DNA of 32,467 nt. Source: Verrucomicrobiota bacterium. Lineage in GTDB: Bacteria; Verrucomicrobiota; Lentisphaeria; Lentisphaerales; Lentisphaeraceae. The notes beneath the pieces were generated by a model. That model saw only the letters and a program-made list of their open reading frames with translations. It searched no databases and was not told the DNA's origin. Below, piece after piece: positions 26,867 to 32,467 of this stretch. The DNA is taken from NCBI GenBank assembly GCA_039798785.1, contig JBDKFG010000058.1, positions 1 to 32,467 of the forward strand, in the 5' to 3' direction. The translations under genes were made by a program, and so were the position numbers. How positions within the stretch are numbered: position 1 is the stretch's first letter; the number at the start of each line of letters is the position of its first letter.

Positions 26867-27502
26867 ATGTCCCGTCTCGTCCTCCTTGACATCGGCGGCG
26901 TCCTGATCCGCATCCGCACCTGGGATCGCGCCCTGCGTGCCGGCGGTCTGTCGGCGGCGCGCTGCAGCACCCTTTTGCCTCGCCTCGGCGAGCTCGAGAC
27001 GCTCTGGCTCGAGTTCGAAGGCGGTGCCTGCGGCTGGGAAGTCTTCCAGGCCCAGCTGTTCGAGCGCTTCGGTCTCGCCCCGGCAGAATCGGAAACCTGC
27101 GCCTACGCGATTCTCGACCAGGCCTTTCCCGGCACCGCCGAACTGGTGAACGACTTGCGCCGCGCCGGTTTGAAACTCGGCACTTTGTCCAACACCAACC
27201 CCTTCCACTGGGCCCACATGGCCAGCGGCGCCGGCCCCTTCCGTCTGCCCTTCGACGGCTTTGAATTCCCCTTCACCTCCTTCCAGCTCGGTGAACTCAA
27301 GCCGGGGCCCGAAATCTACGCCGCAGCCGAAAGTCTCAGCGGCCACCAGCCCGCTTCCATCGCCTTCTTCGACGACCGGGCCGAAAACGTCCGCGCCGCT
27401 CTCGAACGCGGCTGGTGCGCCGGACGCATCGACCCCGAAAGCAGCCGGCCGCCGGCCCAGCAGATCCGCGCGCAGCTCCGACGCTGGAGCTGGATCCCAT
27501 GA
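26867..27502 (+). CDS. HAD-superfamily phosphatase (YihX-like)
   Basis: LLDIGGVL, LSNTN, ELKPGPEIY and FFDDRAENVRAA motifs. Confidence 0.9.
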   Translation: MSRLVLLDIGGVLIRIRTWDRALRAGGLSAARCSTLLPRLGELETLWLEFEGGACGWEVFQAQLFERFGLAPAESETCAYAILDQAFPGTAELVNDLRRAGLKLGTLSNTNPFHWAHMASGAGPFRLPFDGFEFPFTSFQLGELKPGPEIYAAAESLSGHQPASIAFFDDRAENVRAALERGWCAGRIDPESSRPPAQQIRAQLRRWSWIP

Positions 27503-28062
27503 GCGACGAAGGCAAAATCCTCCTTCTAGCCCTCGGCGTCTTCACCCTCGGAGGTCACAGCCTGATGGCGCTATTCCTCTGGACCCAGTCGAAGCGACGG
27601 GAAGCGAACCAGCCCCTCAACATCTGCGGTCCCGGCGGCTGGGCCCTCCTCGGCCTGCTCTTTGGCGGCTTCAGCCTCTGGCTCTTCCGCCAGGCGCACC
27701 TCGGGGGCGACAAGATCCTCCCGAGCGACTCCCGCCTCTGCTTCGCCGAACCAGCCGACCCGAAAGCCTGGGTCGCCCAGCACCCGCGCTGCCTCCTCCA
27801 TGTCTACGACGACTGGGGCGCCACCGATTCCCAGCTCGCCCAGTCCCTCCTGGAATTCTGGCGTCCGCGTGCCGAAAGCCTGAGCATCGCCCGGGTCGAC
27901 GCCGGCGAACGCCCGGAATGGCGGCACGAAGGCCTCCCACCGCCCTTCCTCGTCCTCTATCGCGACGGCCATGAGCTCAACCGCTTCAGCGCCTCCATAG
28001 ACCCGCTCGAACTCGGCAAGCTCCTCGCCACCCTCGACCCCCAAAACTCCGAGAGTCTCTGA
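27499..28062 (+). CDS. Membrane-anchored thioredoxin-like fold protein lacking CxxC
   Basis: Likely start ATG 27499, overlapping the HAD stop. Two TM helices, then LLHVYDDWGATD...IARVDAGERPE...PFLVLYRDGHELNRF, which follows the thioredoxin pattern. Confidence 0.65.
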   Translation: MSDEGKILLLALGVFTLGGHSLMALFLWTQSKRREANQPLNICGPGGWALLGLLFGGFSLWLFRQAHLGGDKILPSDSRLCFAEPADPKAWVAQHPRCLLHVYDDWGATDSQLAQSLLEFWRPRAESLSIARVDAGERPEWRHEGLPPPFLVLYRDGHELNRFSASIDPLELGKLLATLDPQNSESL

Positions 28063-28655
28063 TGCGGCACCTCGCCTGCCTCAACTTCCTCGCCCTGCCC
28101 CTGCTGCTCCTGGCCTTCGCCAAACCCGGCCTCCCTCTCGCCTGGCTCTGGCTGATCTGGACCTGGAGCCTCATCTTCAACTACCACCTCGCTTGCATCC
28201 GCCTCTCAGCCTCGGTAAAAGAGAAAAAACCCGCCTACCTCTCGATCGTCTTCCTCGCCACGATCGGCGCCCTCCTGCTGGTTCTCCAACGCCCAGACTT
28301 GATCCTGTTCTTCTCCCTGGCGCTCTTCTTCATCAGCCGCTTTCTTGCCTTCCACCTCCTCGCCCACGCCTGCGGCCTGCCCTGGCACACCCACCTCTAC
28401 CACTTCGTGCCGGTGATCGGCATGGGCCTAGTCGCCGGACTCGCCACCCAGGCGGTGACCCAGCGCTTTCCCAGCAAGACGAGCTGGTTCCTGCCGCTCC
28501 TCCTCTGCGACTTCCTCGCTCTGCCCCTCTTCGCCGCCGAACACCTCGACGAAAATCATGCAGCCCCCCCAGAAACACCCCAAGCCAAGCCCCCGGCCAA
28601 AACCGCAAATCCTCCCACCGACAACCCTTACGCAGCATACCGCCGCAAAAGCTGA
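28062..28655 (+). CDS. Hypothetical integral membrane protein
   Basis: Five or six hydrophobic segments and a C-terminal NPY motif. The start overlaps the preceding stop. Confidence 0.7.
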   Translation: MRHLACLNFLALPLLLLAFAKPGLPLAWLWLIWTWSLIFNYHLACIRLSASVKEKKPAYLSIVFLATIGALLLVLQRPDLILFFSLALFFISRFLAFHLLAHACGLPWHTHLYHFVPVIGMGLVAGLATQAVTQRFPSKTSWFLPLLLCDFLALPLFAAEHLDENHAAPPETPQAKPPAKTANPPTDNPYAAYRRKS

Positions 28656-28777
28656 GAATACCCTTACGGATCCTGGGCCTTGGTGACCGGAGCCTCTTCT
28701 AGCCAAACTCACGCCTGAGCTTTCCCGGCAAGTCGCATTAGCTTTCCCCGTACAAGCGGACAAGGGAGGATCTGGTC

Positions 28778-29350
28778 GTGAACGAAGAGGAAATCAGGAA
28801 AAGCGCCGCCCAGCTCCTCGCCGAGCACCGCCCTCGCCTGCTGCGTCTCTTCGAGGCCCGCATGCCCGCAGCGCTGCGCCGCCGCCTTGCCGCCGAGGAC
28901 CTCCTCCAGGAGCTCTCACTCGTCGCCCTCCGCCGTAGCGAGATCTTCGCCGCCGGTCCCGAAATCCCGCCCTTCGTCAAGCTCCGCGCCCTCGCCCTGC
29001 AAACCCTGACCGACCTCTGTCGCCACCATCTCGGCACCGCCAAACGCGCCGCCGGCCAGGAACACGAGGCCGACGGCGATCACGACCCGCTCGCCGCCCT
29101 CGCCGACTCGCTCTCCTCCCCCCGCAGTCGCCTGCTCAAGGTCGAGCGCGCCGCCCAGGTGCGCGCCGCCGTCGCAGCGCTCGCCCCCGCCGACCGCGAG
29201 ATCCTCGAACTCCGCCACTTCGAAGAGCTCAGCAACCTCGAAGCCGCCGCCGTCCTCGGCATCGAAGCCAAAGCCGCCTCCGCCCGCTACATCCGCGCCC
29301 TCAAACGCCTCCAGGAAGCGCTGGCGGGGATCTCGGGAGTGGGGGAATGA
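28778..29350 (+). CDS. ECF sigma-70 factor, Planctomycete kinase-associated type
   Basis: GGAGG RBS; LRRRLAAEDLLQE, RHHLGTAKRAAGQE, LADSLSSPRS, DREILELRHFEELSN.EAA.VLGI and RYIRALKRL motifs. Confidence 0.92.
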   Translation: MNEEEIRKSAAQLLAEHRPRLLRLFEARMPAALRRRLAAEDLLQELSLVALRRSEIFAAGPEIPPFVKLRALALQTLTDLCRHHLGTAKRAAGQEHEADGDHDPLAALADSLSSPRSRLLKVERAAQVRAAVAALAPADREILELRHFEELSNLEAAAVLGIEAKAASARYIRALKRLQEALAGISGVGE

Positions 29351-29379
29351 AGACCTCAGAGCGGTGCCTTTCTGATCGC

Positions 29380-29615
29380 GCCCTGAAAGGGCGGCCGGAT
29401 GTCAGCCCAGGGTGTAGCGACGAGGCACGAGTCGCAAACCCTGGGTGCGGGAAAAAATCGGCCCGAGCCCCAGCGGGGCGAGCAGAAACCGGGAATCGCC
29501 GCAAATGGCCTCTGGACGCCCCTCCGGGGCTCGAATCGGCTCTGCATTCCACCCAGGGTTTGCCCTCGTCCCTCGGGCTACACCCTGGGCTATCTGCCGG
29601 CTGCCCCTCCGGGGC
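29380..29615. repeat. REP/REPIN-like palindromic element, full copy (about 236 bp)
   Basis: GCCCTGAAAGGGC...AGCCCAGGGTGTAGCGACGAGGCACGAGTCGCAAACCCTGGGT...GAGCCCCAGCGGGGCG is mirrored by CGCCCCTCCGGGGCTC...ACCCAGGGTTTGCCCTCGTCCCTCGGGCTACACCCTGGGCT...GCCCCTCCGGGGC. Confidence 0.9.
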
Positions 29616-29685
29616 AAAAAACGGGATGCACAACGACTATGACCATTCGCCTTAAAACCTTTCAACCCGGTTTCCACCCTCCCCC

Positions 29686-31962
29686 ATGACCGACGACCTC
29701 GAATCCCTCCTCAGCCGCTATCTCGACGCCCTGCGCTCCGGCCAGGCACCGGGACTGGAGGATTTCGCCCGGCAATTTCCCGACAACGAGGCGGATCTGC
29801 TCGAACTCCTGCCCGGGCTCGTCGCCCTCGAAGGACTCAAGATCCCGGCGCCGAAAGAGCTCGAACGCCTCGGTGAATTCGAACTCCGTCGCGAGATCGG
29901 CAGCGGCGGCATGGGCCGTGTCTACGAAGCCTGGCAGCCCTCCCTCGGACGCCTCGTCGCCCTCAAACGCCTCTCTCCCGATAGCGCCGACGAAGCCGGA
30001 CGCGAACGCTTCCTCGCCGAGGCCCGCACCCTCGCCAGCCTGCACCACACCCACATCGTCCAGATCCACGGCGCCGGACGCGACGGCGACGAGCTCTACT
30101 TCGTCATGGAACTCATCGAAGGCGCCAGCCTCGATCGCCTCGGCCCGCAAGCCCTGGATCCGGTCTCAGAAGAAGTCGGGAAAGGGTCTGGGAAAACCCG
30201 GCGTTACGGGTTGTCCCAGCAGGAGCGCAGCGACGCCCAAATGGGGTTCGGGGACGCGTCCCCGAGCGGGGTCCGGGGCGGCAGCCCTGGGTCTCCTCTT
30301 CCTTCACAGTCGCGACAACGTGAACGCCGCCTCGCCGAACTCGGCATCCAGGCGGCCTCGGCTCTCGCCCACGCTCACTCGCGCGGCGTGCTGCATCGCG
30401 ACGTCAAGCCCGCCAACCTCCTGCTCGACCGCAGCGGACTCCTGCGCGTCGCCGATTTCGGCCTTGCAGCCGCCTTGGGCGATGCCTCCGGCCATGCCCA
30501 TGCCGGCACCCAGCGCTACCTCGCGCCCGAACGCCTGCGCGGCGAGCCCGCCAGCCCCGCCAGCGACCAGTACGCCCTCGGCCTCAGCCTCATCGAAATC
30601 CTCCAGGGCAGCCCCGTCCACCCCGGCAGCTCCTCCGTCGAGGAACTGCTGCGCCGCATCGACACCCAGACACCCGAGCTGCGCGGCGTCTCCCCTGAGC
30701 TCGCCGCCGTGCTCCGCCGCAGCATCGAACCCGATCCCGCCCGACGCTATCCCTCGCTCGACGCCTTCGCCGCCGATCTCAGCGCCTTCCTTGAGCTGCG
30801 CCCGGTGTCGGCCCTGCCCTTCTCGCCCCTCCGCAGCCTGAGGCTCTGGCGGTCACGCCGTCCGCAGAGCTTCTCCTTGGCCGCCCTGTCGCTGCTCCTC
30901 GGCGGCCTCGCCCTCGGCATCTTCCTGCTTTCCGACCTGAAGATCCGCCGTGCCCTCGCCGAGGCCGAGGCCCAGCGTCAACGCGCCGAGGCCAATGCCG
31001 ACACCGCGCTGAAATCGCTCGACCGCATCTTCGCCCACGTCGCCGCCCTCAGCGAAAACGGCGCCTTGTCCTTCTCGTCCCCGCAGAGCGCCAAGCTGCT
31101 CGACGAGCTTCTGCCCGCCTGCGAGAGCATCTCCGCCGCCAAGAGCGTCCCGCCCGAGCGCCTCGGCGAGCTCTACCACCTCCTCGCCCGCCTGCAGAGC
31201 CGCACCCCCGATCCCCAGAAGGCCCTCGCCAGTTTCGACCACGCCCGCACCCTGCTGACCAGCAACGCCGCCGCCGCCGCCCGTTGCGAACTCGACCGCG
31301 CCGAAGTGCTGATCCGTCTCGGACGCCTCGACGAAGCCCAGGCCCTGCGCCGACAACTCGCCGCCTTGAGCTCCGATCCCAAGTGCCGACTGATCGCCGC
31401 CCTCGCCCTGGTCGACCTCATCGAGGAGGGCCGGCGCCGCCACGCCGACAGCGACGCCGACATCCACTCCGCCGCGCAACTGATCGAGACCCTGATGGCC
31501 GCCCCTGGCGCCGCGCAAGACGCCGAGCTGCGTTATCTGCGTTGCCGCCTCCTCTGTCTCGAGCCGCAGGCCCTGGGCGCCAAGCTCGATCCCCTCGCCG
31601 AACTGGCCGCGCTCAACCGCGATTTCCCCAAGGATTCCCGCGTCCGCCTGCTCTACTGCCGCCAGCTTTCCAAGGTCAAGCTGCGTCCCGGCGTCGTTCC
31701 TTCCGAGACCCTGCTTTCCCGCCTCGAAACCGCCGCCGCCGAATCGGAAATCCTGCTCCGCTCCTTCCGCGGCGAAAGCTCCTTCTTCGCCCTCGCCACC
31801 GAGATCCGCCTCAAGCTCGCCCAAGCCTACCAGCTCAGCGGCAAGGACGCCGAAGCCCGCCTCTCCCTCGCCATCGCCAAACTCCACCTCGACAACATCC
31901 TGCCGCAGGATTCGCCGCGGGCGATGGAGCTGAGGAAGGAGTGGGAAGGGGTGAACCTGTAA
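29686..31962 (+). CDS. Hanks-type Ser/Thr kinase with a TM helix and TPR-like C-terminus (ECF-associated)
   Basis: IGSGGMGRVY, VALKRL, HRDVKPANLL, ADFGLA, GTQRYLAPE and SDQYALG motifs; TM helix; helical repeats. Confidence 0.93.
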   Translation: MTDDLESLLSRYLDALRSGQAPGLEDFARQFPDNEADLLELLPGLVALEGLKIPAPKELERLGEFELRREIGSGGMGRVYEAWQPSLGRLVALKRLSPDSADEAGRERFLAEARTLASLHHTHIVQIHGAGRDGDELYFVMELIEGASLDRLGPQALDPVSEEVGKGSGKTRRYGLSQQERSDAQMGFGDASPSGVRGGSPGSPLPSQSRQRERRLAELGIQAASALAHAHSRGVLHRDVKPANLLLDRSGLLRVADFGLAAALGDASGHAHAGTQRYLAPERLRGEPASPASDQYALGLSLIEILQGSPVHPGSSSVEELLRRIDTQTPELRGVSPELAAVLRRSIEPDPARRYPSLDAFAADLSAFLELRPVSALPFSPLRSLRLWRSRRPQSFSLAALSLLLGGLALGIFLLSDLKIRRALAEAEAQRQRAEANADTALKSLDRIFAHVAALSENGALSFSSPQSAKLLDELLPACESISAAKSVPPERLGELYHLLARLQSRTPDPQKALASFDHARTLLTSNAAAAARCELDRAEVLIRLGRLDEAQALRRQLAALSSDPKCRLIAALALVDLIEEGRRRHADSDADIHSAAQLIETLMAAPGAAQDAELRYLRCRLLCLEPQALGAKLDPLAELAALNRDFPKDSRVRLLYCRQLSKVKLRPGVVPSETLLSRLETAAAESEILLRSFRGESSFFALATEIRLKLAQAYQLSGKDAEARLSLAIAKLHLDNILPQDSPRAMELRKEWEGVNL
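30160..30312. repeat. Triple-hairpin palindromic element lying in frame inside the kinase gene (boundaries approximate)
   Basis: Hairpins CTGGGAAAACCCG/CGGGTTGTCCCAG (30188-30219), TCGGGGAC/GTCCCCGA (30248-30265) and CCGGGGC/GCCCTGG (30273-30290). Codon usage departs from the host gene. Confidence 0.7.
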
Positions 31963-32004
31963 AGGTTGGCAAAATCAATTTAATGCAAAACTTTGGAGTG
32001 AACC

Positions 32005-32382
32005 ATGAATATTGATACTTTTGAAAAAAGACTCGCTGAGAGTTTGGTTGATGCGATAAACTGCAACGAAAATAAGTTTAATTGTCATCGCTTTAAGAGT
32101 TTTAACTTGGGTATTTATCCTTGGCATGGTTTTATTGAATTGTCCTTCATGATCGAATCTGATGCTTCTGAATCTGATGTGGCCAGTTGGAAGTTTTTTA
32201 ATTTTTGCGATCGGGAAAAATTTACTGAAATTTCTAATTGGATGAAAGATGAATGGCTATCAAATCATGCCGTTGCAAATAAATTCTATGCAGCAGCTGC
32301 TCGAGCTGTGGAGTCTGAACTAGTCACCATAGCACTATCCAAGCTTAATCAAGAAATTGATTTCTATGTTCAGAACACCTGA
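32005..32382 (+). CDS. AT-rich hypothetical protein, probably 3'-truncated by an IS
   Basis: GGAG RBS and a 125-aa ORF far more AT-rich than the rest of the window. Its TGA stop is the first three bases of the IS-like end. Confidence 0.7.
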   Translation: MNIDTFEKRLAESLVDAINCNENKFNCHRFKSFNLGIYPWHGFIELSFMIESDASESDVASWKFFNFCDREKFTEISNWMKDEWLSNHAVANKFYAAAARAVESELVTIALSKLNQEIDFYVQNT

Positions 32383-32467
32383 CCTGCGGGAAAATGTAAT
32401 GATACCTCGGGGTGTTATTTTTGGTTGTTTCCTGGTTTCATGGCGCGGGGTCGCCGACGAGTCGGTA
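32380..32467 (+). mobile_element. Possible IS3-family insertion sequence end, continuing off the right edge
   Basis: TGACCTGCGGGAAAATGTAATGATACC has a 5'-TG..CTGCG start shared with the left-edge end (TGTACTGCG). Confidence 0.45.

Noticed and set aside
29347..29655. 102-aa ORF overlapping the ECF stop (also 9865..10227 and 17229..18422)
   Set aside because: These translate through the palindromic repeat or antisense to real genes and show no coding-like codon bias.
1..32467. Whole window as a composite transposon or genomic island
   Set aside because: It contains ordinary chromosomal genes (cmoB, tsaE, thiL), the two IS-like ends differ, and no integrase or transposase is visible. A contig break at IS copies is the simpler explanation.

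Overview
This looks like a GC-rich chromosomal segment of a PVC-superphylum bacterium (Lentisphaerota, Verrucomicrobiota or Planctomycetota). That is inferred from its gene families: PSD1/DUF1549-DUF1553, DUF1501, DUF1080, a PVC-type heme-binding CxxCH protein and an FTLIELL prepilin-like protein. It holds about 28 plausible CDS. These include housekeeping genes (cmoB, tsaE, thiL), a probable carbohydrate-utilisation locus, and four ECF sigma modules, two paired with Ser/Thr kinases and two with membrane anti-sigma factors. No transposase, RNA gene or CRISPR array was found. The most notable signals are: (i) a family of large palindromic REP/REPIN-like elements with a covarying GA-G-GNA-C-GA hairpin cap; (ii) a 217-bp MITE with perfect 15-bp terminal inverted repeats and a 5-bp target duplication, plus fragments elsewhere; (iii) a triple-hairpin element inserted in frame inside a kinase domain; (iv) an AT-rich in-frame patch inside the heme-binding protein gene; (v) a ZAS-kinase-TM-ExbD-like fusion followed by a collagen-like mini-protein and a papain-like peptidase. 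Both window ends appear to be IS3-family termini that truncate the terminal genes. All family assignments come from motif recognition by eye; no database search was run.
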